Assembly: GCF_963921235.1 (NCBI RefSeq)
Contig: NC_086097.1
Span: 167,092,001 to 167,156,000 of the forward strand
Length of the DNA stretch: 64,000 bases
From: Mobula hypostoma
Taxonomy: Eukaryota
Reading direction: 5' to 3'
Positions 14,090-25,759 of this stretch are shown here, one piece after another. The position numbers and the translations under genes are program-made. The notes under the pieces were generated by a model. That model saw only the letters and a program-made list of their open reading frames with translations. It had not been told where the DNA came from and made no database searches. Every line of letters starts with the position of its first letter. The stretch's first letter is position 1.

Positions 14090-14550
14090 ATCTATGCCTC
14101 TAGCATGATGGCGTAAATGTTGCTTTCTTCAACTTCCAGTAATCTCTTCCGCCTCCCCCTTCTACCTTTTTCCATTCCCTATTCTGGCTATCCTCCAAAC
14201 CTTCTCTTCTCCTCATCTTCATCACCTCCTTCTGGATCCCCTCCTCTTTGTTCTTTTAACGTCAACTGTCTTCCCCTATCAGATTCCCTCCTCGTTAGCT
14301 CCTTATCTCTCACACCGATTCCCTCCCAGCTTTTCACATCATCACTGCTTGCCACCTTCCTTCTCACCTGGTCTCACCCATCATGTGCCAGTCTGTACTC
14401 CTTCTCCTCCCAATTTCTTATTCTGGTTCTTCTTCCTTCCTTCCCAGTCATAATGAAGGGTCTCAGCCTGAAACGTCAACTCCTTATTCTCCTCTATAGA
14501 AGCGTGACTATCTGAGACCCTCCAGACTTCTGTGCATGTTGTCAAGATGT
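14090..14550 (+). mobile_element. Degraded Penelope 3' end / terminal repeat
   Basis: Decayed ORF end (...DGVNVAFFNFQ*), pyrimidine-rich UTR, and mutated hammerhead AGTC-ATAATGA-AGGGTCTCAGCCT-GAAA-CGTC at about 14446-14481. Confidence 0.7.
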
Positions 14551-14554
14551 CCGG

Positions 14555-14556
<2 letters not shown>

Positions 14557-14585
<29 letters not shown>
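14557..14585. repeat. (TG)n microsatellite
   Basis: About 14 TG units, followed by further alternating purine/pyrimidine sequence. Confidence 0.95.
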
Positions 14586-14589
<4 letters not shown>

Positions 14590-17218
14590 ATATACGTACG
14601 TGCGCACACACAGACACACACATACAAGTTTTTCTTGTGAGTGCTGTATCACTGATGGTATGAGCCCGTGATGCTGCTACAAGTAAGGCATATGATAATA
14701 CACTTGACTTTGACCTTGATGCATCTTCAAAGAGGATGAAGAAACCAATCAGAGTACTGTAGTAGCAGCAGTGGGTTCGCCAATGACCTGGAAATACACT
14801 CCAGCCTCTTTATATACTGCACACAGACACCACATGGTACATAGGTGTGGAGATGATCCCAGAAAACCCAGAAATTAATTCTTAGGCACCAACACTGGAC
14901 CTATATACACTGAGCTATGTACTTCACTCACATTTCCTAAAGGGCTTTTATCAAAATTTGTCACCTTCTCTATAGTACCCGTGTCCCATTTCTGATGAGA
15001 AGGGCACTGAAGAAAATGAATTTTCATAGATATCAAATGTCTAAGTTTCAAAAGCAATTGGCACTCAGAAGAGTTAATCTGTTGTTTTATGTCAAGGATT
15101 AGTACTGCTTAATTAGATTCAATCGTTTCAGAAGTGATTTCCTTAATTACCATGCACCCTTTATTAGCTTTCCCCTGCCTTTGCCATCCTGAAAAGTTCC
15201 ATGAACTATATTTATTTAACACCTGGTTCAATAGAAACAATTGCCCATTTCTGCAAAGTGCTTTCAATTTCTATTGAATCCAGCTTCCAGACTTATTTTG
15301 AAAATTTGGGAACAAAAATACAGGAATACAGAACAGGTCAGGAGAAACACAAGTCATGCAACTAATATTTCAGAATAAAGTGCAGTTGGATTTGAGGTGA
15401 AAGAGGCATTTTAAAGTTCTATATGAAGAAAAATAACCTCCAAATATATAAAAAATGTTTTCATAAAACCACCAACTAAAATTAATAACAGCTGCCTGTG
15501 TTAGAACTATGCAGTGACATATAATGACTAAATGTCTCTGAAACTTTAAGAGTTCAGCTGATTAGATTCTCACCAACTCCAGATGGATGAAGAGTTTACC
15601 AAATCAAACCCATTCTAAACAGTTAGGAATTGCTTCAAACTTTTTTCACACATTTTACGATATTTGTGTTTATAGTATTACTTCTCTCACTTTGGGCCAC
15701 AAGTTTTGCTATATAATAAGTTCACAGAAAAGTACTACAAGTCAGGCTATGACACTGAACTGGTTTTCCTGAATCTGTTCTGTTTGTGGCCACTGACCTT
15801 AAATGACCAAAAAATATTTTCTCTCTGTTAGTAAGCGACATTTTGTGGTTAATTTCTAGCACAGCTGCTGATTCCTTTGACCATCCCCTTACCATAGCTT
15901 TCACTTCAATCTCATAAAAACACTGACTCAATCTCCTACAGAGTCGAGACACCTGATAAATGCAGAATTCTAATCCAGATCTCAAGTTTCAACGTGCCAT
16001 TCCCACTCATTTTTTTTAAATTCAGAGTTCCTCGTTAAGCACAACACTTCTTGGCAAATTAACTGTGTGTTTACCAGCAATTATGTGCTCTCTGTATCCT
16101 GACAGAGCCAGCCGTTATGAAGCACAGCATTAAGTGATGAATTTAAGCAGTGTTGCAATGTGGATTTAAGTCAAGTGAGAACTGGAATGCGACTGCCAAT
16201 ATTAAGTTCACTTAAGATCCTAAACAGCTGTCAATGAATGTTTTCACTTCCTTTCCCAATGTTGGACGTGAACCAGAGGCAAAAGCCTATGACTGAGGCT
16301 ATTGTCTCAGCCAAAATGGACTCACCAGTTTCACCATTTCTAGTTAATTTTAACACTGCCAGAATTGGCAATGCCACTAATACAAGAAGTATTCAGATGG
16401 GGATAGTCGGCTCCAATCCCTTGTGACCATATCATCAGTTACGTCTTAATTGATGAAGTATTTAAACTATACAGGCTTCCTGAATTGACTGTGGGTACAT
16501 TCTATAACATATGTATAAATGCATGTACAAGAAAAAAAACTCATAATAGCAGCACTTCACCAATTGACCACTTCTTACAAGATGCCTATAATATCTTAAG
16601 GTTATATTTCAAGTTATCCTAAGGTGCAGTTTGAACCTACATTCTCCTGGGGTTTATAGGCTACTACCTTAACAAGATCTTTGGAGAACATTAATAATTG
16701 CACGTGCACAAACTGGAGTTTAGTTTATTAGTGCAATAAACTGTAAAGATACAGAAACTGTTGTTGCCCAACTGAGGGATTCAACCAAGGATTACTTTAG
16801 GTTTGAGAATTGCTGAGCCTGCTGTTTCACTCATTTGCAGTTTCCTGGAGTTCTGCTAAAATCAGCCAAACATTAAGCAACATTACTAAAGAATTATGTG
16901 CTGGGAATTGAGTAACTCAGGTTTATTGACCAGGTGCTTGCAACTGTGCTAGGTCAAGTTTGTTACACGAGTTTTGTACAATAAATGCTGTAAATTCTGG
17001 ACACCAAATGACAGGTACCCCACTACCCAGTTCTTTTTTGTAATGGCCTCTGTGCATGCTCCAGTCATCCCCTTCACTAACTCAATGTAGTGGTGGCCAA
17101 GATTTTAACCAGCATCTTTTCAACTACAACACACCTGTCCTTTCAATTCTGCTCACACGATTGCTTTGTAATTAAAGTCCCGATTTCACACAAAGAGCTC
17201 ACGGTCTCTGTTGACCAT

Positions 17219-19790
17219 CAAAGTCAAAGTAAATTTATTATAAAAGGTCATATATGTCATCATTTATGACCTTGAGTTTCATTTTCTTCGATCTTAAGTG
17301 GGAAGCTAAATCATTTAAATATTTAGGAATAACCCTGCCGAAGGATCTTTCAATGCTGTCACAGGTAAATTATGGGCCATTAATCTCAGAGATAAAAGCA
17401 GATATGCATAGATGGAATCTTATCCCCTTTTTAAGTTTAAATTCAAGGATAAATACTATAAAAATGAATATTCTTCCTCGATTACTGTATCTTTTCTGTA
17501 CTTTACCTGTGGAGGTGGATGATAATCAATTCAGGGAATGGGACAAATGGATTTCCCGCTTCATTTGGCAAGGAAAGAAACCTAGAATTCGATATAACAC
17601 CTTACAGTTAGGGAAGGAAGGAGGAGGTATGGTTCTTCCTTGCCTGAGAAATTATTTTTATGTCTCACAGATAACCCCTCTATTATATTGGTGTAATAGG
17701 GAATATAAGGCTAGGTGGAAGGAAATAGAATTTGGATTAGTTGACAGTTTTCCTCTACAGGCCTCAATAGCTGACAAAGGATTGATGGCCCAATTGGAAA
17801 AATTTAAAAACAGTTGGATAAATCTTACATTAAAAGTATGGCAGAAGGTGATTAATTCGTGTGGAATTAATAACATGTTAAAACTCTTCAGATGGTGTGC
17901 ATATGATACCGAATTCCTTCCCAACAGAGGAGATAAAAGATTTAAATTATGGATAAAGAAAGGTCTTACAACCTACTTCTCATTTATAGATAAAAGAGTA
18001 TTACAAAGTTTCCCAATCCTGCAGGACAAACATGGCCTAGTACACAATGACTTTTTTTAGGTACCTTCAAGTACGAAACTATGTTAACCAGAGTTGTAGA
18101 TATACAGACCTATCAACAGTAGAATTAGAATTTTTCAAGATCCTGAATTCGGCTTGCAGTTCAATACCTAGTAAATCAGTTTCTCGATTATATAATGCAC
18201 TCTCCCATGCTAAAAATGTAAACACATTGTATATTAAAGAGAAGGTGGGAGAAAGAAGCGGGGTTGGTACTTTCAGAGGAGGCTTGGGGGAAAATATGCA
18301 GCTTTCAGTGGTCCTTGACTAATTCTTCGACTTGGAGAGAACATTGTTGGAAAAATATTGTAAGATACTTCAAGACCCCATATCAGGAAAAATATAAAGA
18401 TACAAACGTGACGTGTTGGAGAAGGTGCGGCTCCAAGGAGGCAAATCATTTTCATATTTTCTGGGATTGCCCTAAATTAAGTATACATTGGGAAAGTATT
18501 CATAGAACATTAGTTAAGGTACTTAGGTCCCAGATACCTCTGAACTTTGAGATGCTCTATTTGGGGCATGTATTGTTTCTTGAACAGAAGGAAGATATAA
18601 AGTTGCTGCAGGTCCTCTTAGCGGCCAGTAAGAAATTAATCACTAGAAAGTGGCTAAATCCAATACCACCTACATTAGAAGATTGGCACGAAATTATCTT
18701 GGAAATATTTAAAATGGAAAAGTTGACTTACTTCCTGAGAATTCAAAAAGAAAAATTTTATCAAATCTGGAATAAATGGATTGAATATATAACCCCAATG
18801 CGAGCAGACTTCAGATGACTCTCCTAATGATTTATATTGCTCTTCTCATCAACACAGTAATATTGCTAACGTAAGCACCCCTAGTCTAAATGATTACTGT
18901 TTTTGTTTTCTTTTGGAAAATAGAAAATTAATACAAGTAAAGGAAAAGATTTGGGAAAGGGATAAAAAATGATAAAATTAAGTAAATAAGTACATAGGGA
19001 TTGGATAATTATGTCTGGGGGCAGGAGCAAGCATGAACAAGTTAGGATATAAACATCTACAATGGTTGTTACATCGGCTTACATACAACATTTTGGACCA
19101 GAAGAAATGGTCCAGAAGAGATTTATGGAAACTATTGTTACTATGTTTCTTAACAACTAATACCATTACTTAGCATAATAGATTAGAATTACCACTGTAC
19201 ATAATTATCTATTTAAGTGTCTAATTTCCTTTTATATCATCTCAATATGTACTTAAGAATGTATAAATAATTATAGTTTTATACATATAAAAAATGGTAA
19301 AGGTTATAAGTGTGGAAAAAGTACATGATACTTGTGAATTCCTTATCCAAATAAAAATAAAATTTTAAAAAATGTTTCATTTTCTTGCAAGTACTTACAG
19401 GAAAACAGGAAATGCAGTTTATGAAAAACTATACATAAACAAAGACTGAACAAACAGACAATGTACAAAAGACAAAAAGTTCAAATAAAAAAAACTAAGA
19501 GCATGAGCTGTAGAACACTTGAAAGTCCGTCTGTAGGTTACGGAATCAGATCAGTGTTGAGCTGAGATACTACAAAGTTATTCATGCTGGTTCAGGAGCC
19601 TGATGGCTGCAGGATAATAACTAATCCTGAACCTGGTTGTGTAGGATCCAAGGTTCCTGTACCTCTTGCCTGATGGTACTGGTGAGAAGCATAGCCTGTA
19701 TATTGGGGGTCCTTCATAATTGGAAACTGCTTTCTCGTGGCAGCACTCCCTATAAATGTGCTCAGTAGTGGGCAGGGCTTTGCCTGCGAT
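17219..19790 (-). mobile_element. Rex1/Babar-type 3' fragment split by an L1 insertion (17219-17288 and 19374-19790)
   Basis: Reverse-complemented tail caaagtcaaagtaaatttatt at 17219; PSGKRYRN..TTRFR-like motif on the reverse strand near 19600-19680; the halves join across the L1 TSD. Confidence 0.65.
17289..19373 (+). mobile_element. 5'-truncated L1-clade LINE (ORF2 C-terminal half, frameshifted)
   Basis: FKYLGI, RINTIKMNILPRLLYLF, GKEGGGMVLP, zinc knuckle CWRRC..HIFWDC, stop at 18818, AATAAA and A-rich tail; 13-bp TSD GTTTCATTTTCTT (17276-17288, 19374-19386). Confidence 0.93.
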
Positions 19791-19794
19791 GGAC

Positions 19795-20050
19795 CCAATA
19801 CCTATTACGCTAATTTTACACTAATTGTGTTTTGTTCCCATCAACTCACATTGTCCCCAGATTCTACACACACCCACCATGCAAGGCAATTTTCAGTGGT
19901 CAGTTATCTTACTAACCCATCACATCGTTGGAACGTGGGAGGAAAACAGAGCATCTGCAGGAAATGTATCTAGTCATCGGGAAAATGTACAAAATTCACA
20001 AAGGAGGTCAGGGTCGAACTTGTGTCACTAGCCCCATGAGGCAGCACCTC
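19795..20050 (-). mobile_element. V-SINE, degraded
   Basis: Reverse complement of the SINE core (gtgggaggaaaacagagca...gaaaatgtacaaaattcaca) and B-box region. Confidence 0.55.
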
Positions 20051-22425
20051 TGTTATTGACAACACTGGATTCACAGAGTCATAGAACACTACAGCACAAA
20101 AACAGGCTGCTTGGCTTAGCTAGTCCATGGCAAACTTGTTCTGTCTAGTCCCATCAACCTGCACTCAGACCATAGTCCTCCACACCCTTCCCGTCCAAGC
20201 ACCTATCCAAATTTCTCTTAAATCTTGATATCAAACCCACATCCACCACTTCTGCTGGCAGCTCGTTCCACACTTCACCACCTGAGTGAAGTAGTTCATC
20301 TTCATGTTCCCCTTAAATATTTCAATTTTCACCTTTAACCCATGACATTTAGTTCTAGTTTCACCTAACTTCACTGCAAAAAGCCTGCTTGCAATTATTC
20401 TATCTATACCCCTCAATTTTTAATATCTATCAAATCTACTCTCATTCTGTTACACTCTAGGGAATAAAGTTTTAACCTGTTCAACTTTTCCCTATAACTC
20501 AGGTCCTCAAGTCCCAGCAACATCCTTATGAATTATATCTGCACTCTTCCAATTTTATTGACATCTTTTCTGTAGGTAGGTGACCAAAACTGCACAAAAT
20601 AGTCCAAGTTAGGCCTCACCAATGTCTTATACAAGTTCAGCTTGACATCCCAACTCCTGTACTCAATTCTTTGATTTATGAAGGACAAATGACTTGTTTA
20701 TGACTCCATCTACTTGTGACACTACTTTCACTGAATTATAGATCTGTATTTCCAGATCCCTCTGTTTGACCACCCTTCTTAGTGTCCCACAGCTTGCTGT
20801 GCAAGTCCGACCCTGTTTTCTCCTCCCAAAAGTCCAACACCTCACACTTCTCTGCATTAAATTCCATCTGCCATTTTCAACCTATATTTCCAGCTAGTCC
20901 AGATCCCGCTGCAAGCTTTGTTAGCCTTCCTCACAGTCCACTATGCCCACAATCTTGGTGTCAACCCCAAATTTGCTGATCCAGTTCTTTGCATTATCAT
21001 CAGATCATTACTATAGGTGACAAAGAACAGCAGACCCAGCAGCAAACCCTGTGACATACCGCTTGTCACAGGCCTCTAGTCAGTGAGGCAACCACCTACT
21101 ACCACGCTCTGGTTTCTACCGTGAAGCTAGTGTTTAATTCAATTTACAACCTCATCCTGAATGCCAAGTCACTAAACCTTCTCGACCAACCTCTCTTGCG
21201 TGACCTTGTCAAAGGTCTTGCTACAAGTACATCCACTGCCTTGCCTTCAATAATTTTCCCAGTAACTTCCTCAAAAACATCCTCAAGATTGGTTTGACCT
21301 AACTTACCACACACAAAGCCATGTTGACCATCCTCAATCAGTTTATGACTTTCCAAATATGTATATATCCAGTTCCTTAAAATGCTTTTCAATAACTTAC
21401 CCATGACTGATATTAGGCTCAAGGGTCTACAATTTCACAGCTTATTCTTAGAGCCTTTCTTAAGCAATGGAACATTTATAAACCTGTTATCTTCAGACTT
21501 TTATCCTAACAGGCACATACAAACTTTGTACTCTCAAAATTGTGCTTTTGAAAGCATCCCACACTTGCCAGATCCTTCTGATACTATCAAAATTGGTTTT
21601 TCTCCCACTTGGAGTCTCAACCCGCAGACCAGAACTATCCTTTTCAATATTTACTTTGAAGCTAATGGCATTTTGATCACTAGATGCAAAGTGTTCCCTT
21701 ACACAAACTTCTGTCACCTGCCCCGTTTCATTCTCTAACTGCAGATCAAGTGTCACATACTCTCCCATTGGGACTTCTACATACTGATTAAGGAAACTTT
21801 CATGGACACATTTGACAAACTCTATCATAACTAGTTCTTTTACAGTATGGGAGTTCCAGTCAATATGTGGAAAGTTAAAAATCACCTTCTAAAACAGCCT
21901 TTTGTTTCTTGCAACAGTCTGCGATCTCTCTACAAATGTGTTTCTCTAAATTGCGCGGACAGTTGCATGGTCTGTAATGTAATCCCATTAACATGGTCAT
22001 CGCTTTCTTATTCATCAGTTCTACCCATAACACCTCACCAGTTGATTTCTCCAGTCTGTCCCGACTGAGCACTGCCACGGCATGTTCCCTGACTAGTAAC
22101 ACCACCCCTCCTGCTTTAATCTCTGCCACTCTGTTGCGTCTAAAACAACAGAACCTTGGAATATTAAGCTACCAGTCCTGCCTCTCCTGCAACCAAGTCT
22201 CACTAATAGCTACAATATTATAATTCCATGTGTTGATCCGTGCCCTGAGGTCATCTGCCTTTTCTATGACACTTCTTGCAATATCCTATGATACTTCATC
22301 AATATGTGGGAAGTTATACAACTCAGGACATTAGTTGCACTATGCACAACATTTTGATTAACGCAACAGCAATTTTTATGTGTGGTGAACGCAGCAGGCC
22401 AGGCAGCATCTGTAGGAAGAGGTGC

Positions 22426-22461
22426 AGTCGACGTTTCAGGCCGAGACCCTTCGTCAGGACT
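22426..22461 (-). ncRNA. Minimal type I hammerhead ribozyme motif (intact)
   Basis: Reverse strand AGTC-CTGACGA-AGGGTCTCGGCCT-GAAA-CG-TC-GACT: stem I AGTC/GACT, CUGANGA and GAAA cores, palindromic ACGU, GUC cleavage triplet. Confidence 0.8.
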
Positions 22462-23105
22462 AACTGATGGAAGAGTGAGTAAGGGATTTGAAAGTTGGAG
22501 GGGGAGGGGGAGATCCAAAATGATAGGAGAAGACAGGAGGGGGAGGGATGGAGCCAAGAGCTGGACAGGTGATAGGCAAAAGGGATACGGGAGGATCATG
22601 GGACAGGAGGTCTGGGAAGAAAGACCGGGGGCGGGGGGGGGGACCCAGAGGATAGGCAAGGGGTATATTCAGAGGGACAGAGGAAGAAAAAGGAGAGTGA
22701 GAGAAAGAATGTGTGCATAAAAATAAGTAACGGATGGGGTACGAGGGGGAGGTGGGGCATTAGCGGAAGTTAGAAACAGATGGGGTACGAGGGGGAGGTA
22801 ACTTCCGCTAATGCCCCACCTCCCCCTCGTACCCCATCCGTTATTTATTTTTATATACACATTCTTTCTCTCACTCTCCTTTTTTTCCCTCTGTCCCTCT
22901 GAATATACCCCTTGCCCATCCTCTGGGTCCCCCCCCCCTTTGTCTTTCTTCCCGGACCTTCTGTCCCATGATCCTCTCTTATCCCTTTTGCCAATCACCT
23001 GTCCAGCTCTTGGCTCCATCCCTCCCCCTCCTGTCTTCTCCTATCATTTTGGATCTCCCCCTTCCCCTCCAACTTTCAAATCCCTTACTCACTCTTCCTT
23101 CAGTT

Positions 23106-23141
23106 AGTCCTGACGAAGGGTCTCGGCCTGAAACGTCGACT
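23106..23141 (+). ncRNA. Minimal type I hammerhead ribozyme motif (intact)
   Basis: AGTC-CTGACGA-AGGGTCTCGGCCT-GAAA-CG-TC-GACT. Confidence 0.8.
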
Positions 23142-24396
23142 GTACCTCTTCCTACAGATGCTGCCTGGCCTGCTGCGTTCACCAGCAACCTTTATGTGTG
23201 TTGCTTGAATTTCCAGCATCTGCAGAATTCCTGTTGACAACATTTTGATTCCTGACTTTGTCCTAAATCTTAACAATATCTGCCTTCACAATCTCTCTAC
23301 TATCTGATCTGGCACTCTGCCTCCTCCCCCCCCCCCCCATCCTCCTTTAAATCTAGATTAAACAGCCCTCCTCCCCCTGTTCAGCACTAGCAAAACTTGC
23401 TTCTAGGATATTAGTCCCCCTCCAGTTCAGGTGCAAACTGTCTCTTCTGTACATGCCTCAGCTTCCCTGAAAGAGAGCACAATGAACCAAAAATCTTATG
23501 ACCTTCCTCCTACACCAAATCCTTAGCCACATGTTGAAATGGATAATCTTCCTAGTTCTGGCCTCACTAGCGTGTGGCATGGGTAGCAATCCTGAGATCA
23601 CAACCCTGGAGGTCCTGCCCTTCAACTTAGCACCTAACTACATAAACTCACTTTGCAGGACCTTGTCACTCTTCCTACCTATGTCATTGCTACCTATATG
23701 GACCACTATCTCTGGCTGTTCATCCACCCACTTAACAGACCTGAGAACTCAAACTGAGATGTTCTGGACCCTGGCACCCTAGAGGCAACATACCATCTGG
23801 GAATCTTGTTCTCATCCACAGAACCTCCTGTCCATTCCCCGAACTAATGAATCCCCTTTCGACACAGCTCACCTCCTCTCCCCCACTTCCCTTCTGAGCC
23901 ACAGAGCTAGACTCAGTGCCAGTGACCTGCCTGCTGTGACTTACCTCTATTAAGCCATTACCCCACCACCCAAACAGTATCCGAAATGGTACACCTGTTG
24001 TTGAGGGGGTGGCCACGGGGGTCTTCTTCACTTCACCCCTTTCCCCTTCCCGATTGTCATCCAATTTCCCATGTCCTGCATCCTGGGTGTAGCTACCTCT
24101 CTATATGCCTTATCTATCACCCCTTCAGCCTCCCAAATAATCTGGAGTTCATCCAGTTCCAATTCCTTAACAAGGATTGTTAGAAGCTGCAGCTGGATGC
24201 ACTGGAGGCCTCCCTGCCTTCCCTTATGCAAGTAGAGCGTTCAACTATCCTGCCTGGCATCCCTCCTGTTCTAACTGAGCAAGTATAGAGAAGAAAAAAT
24301 ATAAGTAAACTGTGGGGGGGAAAAAGATCTACCTTCAGATTTTCACTTTCTCTCACTGGTCTTCAAGAGCTGAAGTCTCAAAATTCCCACTCTATT

Positions 24397-25327
24397 TTCC
24401 AACGGGATCCCACCACTAAGCACACCTTTCCCTCCCCCCCTCTCTCTGCATTCCGCAGGGATCGCTCCCTACACAACTCCCTTGTCCATTCATCCCCCCC
24501 ATCCCTCCCCACTGATCTCCCTCCTGGCACTTATCCGTGTAAGCGGAACAAGTGCTACACATGCCCTTACACTTCCTCCCTTGCCACCATTCAGGGCCCC
24601 AAACAGTCCTTCCAGGTGAGGCATCACTTCACCTGAGAGTCGACTGGGGTGATATACTGCGTCCGGTGCTCCCGATGTGGCCTTTTATATATTGGCGAGA
24701 CCCGACGCAGACTGGTTTTCATGCTTTGCTGAACATCTACGCTCTGTCTGCCAGAGAAAGCAGGATCTCCCAGTGGCCACACATTTTAATGCCACATCCC
24801 ATTCCCATTCTGATATGTCTATCCACGGCCTCCTCTACTGTAAAGATGAAGCCACACTCAGGTTGGAGGAACAACACCTTATATTCCGTCTGGGTAGCCT
24901 CCAACCTGATGGCATGAACATCAACTTCTCTAACTTCCGCTAATGCCCCACCTCCCCCTCGTACCCCATCTATTACTCATTTTTATGCACACATTCTTTC
25001 TCTCACTCTCCTTTTTCTCCCTCTGTCCCTCTGAATATACCTCTTGCTCATCCTCTGGGTCCCCCCCGCTTGTCTTTCTTCCCGGACCTCCTGTCCCATG
25101 ATCCTCTCCTATCCATTTTGCCAATCACCTGTCCAGGTCTTGGCTCTATCCCTCCCCCTCCTGTCTTCTATCATTTTGGATCTCCCCCTCCCCCTCCAAC
25201 TTTCAAATCCCTTACTCACTCTTCCTTCAGTTAGTCCTGACGAAGGGTCTCGGCCTGAAACGTCGACTGCACGTCTTCCTACAGATGCTGCTTGGCCTGC
25301 TGCGTTCACCAGCAACTTTGATGTGTG
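24397..25327 (+). mobile_element. 5'-truncated Neptune-type Penelope element (Cys linker + GIY-YIG + terminal repeat), young
   Basis: PGTYPCKRNKCYTCPY linker, GVIYCVRCSRCGLLYIGET, FAEHLRS...LGSLQPDGMNINFSNFR* (stop at 24943); 13-bp TSD TTCCCACTCTATT (24384-24396, 25328-25340). Confidence 0.92.
25233..25268 (+). ncRNA. Minimal type I hammerhead ribozyme motif (intact)
   Basis: Identical 36-mer to 23106-23141, on the coding strand of the Penelope element. Confidence 0.8.
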
Positions 25328-25514
25328 TTCCCACTCTATTGCTGTCCAGTCCACCAATGGCCGCTTTGCTCATCCCTGCCTTATTTTAATTTGTTTTCTC
25401 AATCAATTCTCATCACTTACTGGCTGATGTAATCAGTCAGCGAACCTGATTGAGCTACATCTTCTCATGCTTTGGATCTCCAATTGACTGCTGCTCAATG
25501 TGGAAAGTTAAAAT

Positions 25515-25755
25515 CACCCTGAAATGTTTAAGGGGAATATCAGGTAAAATGTCTTCACTCAGAGGGTGCTAAGAGTTGCCAGTGCAAGTAGTAGATGTGA
25601 TTTCAAGCTAATGGATGGGAGGGGTAAAGTGGGATATGGTCCAGGTGCAGGTTGGTGGGTCTGTGGGTCTATGCAGTTTAAATGGTTTGGCATGGTCTAG
25701 ATGGTCTGAAAGGCTCGTTTCTGTGCTATAATTTTCTATGACTTTATGACTCTAT
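25515..25755 (+). mobile_element. CR1 3' end fragment
   Basis: FKGNIR..FTQRV-like remnant, then 3'UTR ending TTCTATGACTTTATGACTCTA. Confidence 0.65.
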
Positions 25756-25759
25756 CCCA

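Larger units (their letters stand above)
22360..23236. mobile_element. Penelope terminal-repeat fold-back insertion (two inverted ~390-bp arms)
   Basis: Left arm about 22383-22772 (minus), 26-nt spacer, right arm from 22799 (plus); 14-bp TSD ACAACATTTTGATT (22346-22359, 23237-23250). Confidence 0.9.
20075..24300 (-). mobile_element. Long degraded CR1 LINE (ORF1 esterase, APE, RT, 3'UTR) interrupted by a Penelope fold-back
   Basis: Reverse strand carries an SGNH esterase motif IVVHIGSNDIG (about 23680-23710), RMVCCL.GARV, APE pieces (GGVVLLVRE, GDF, FNFPHIDW), RT piece (QHGFV, VDV) and the 3' tail tgctgtagtgttctatgactctg. Confidence 0.85.
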
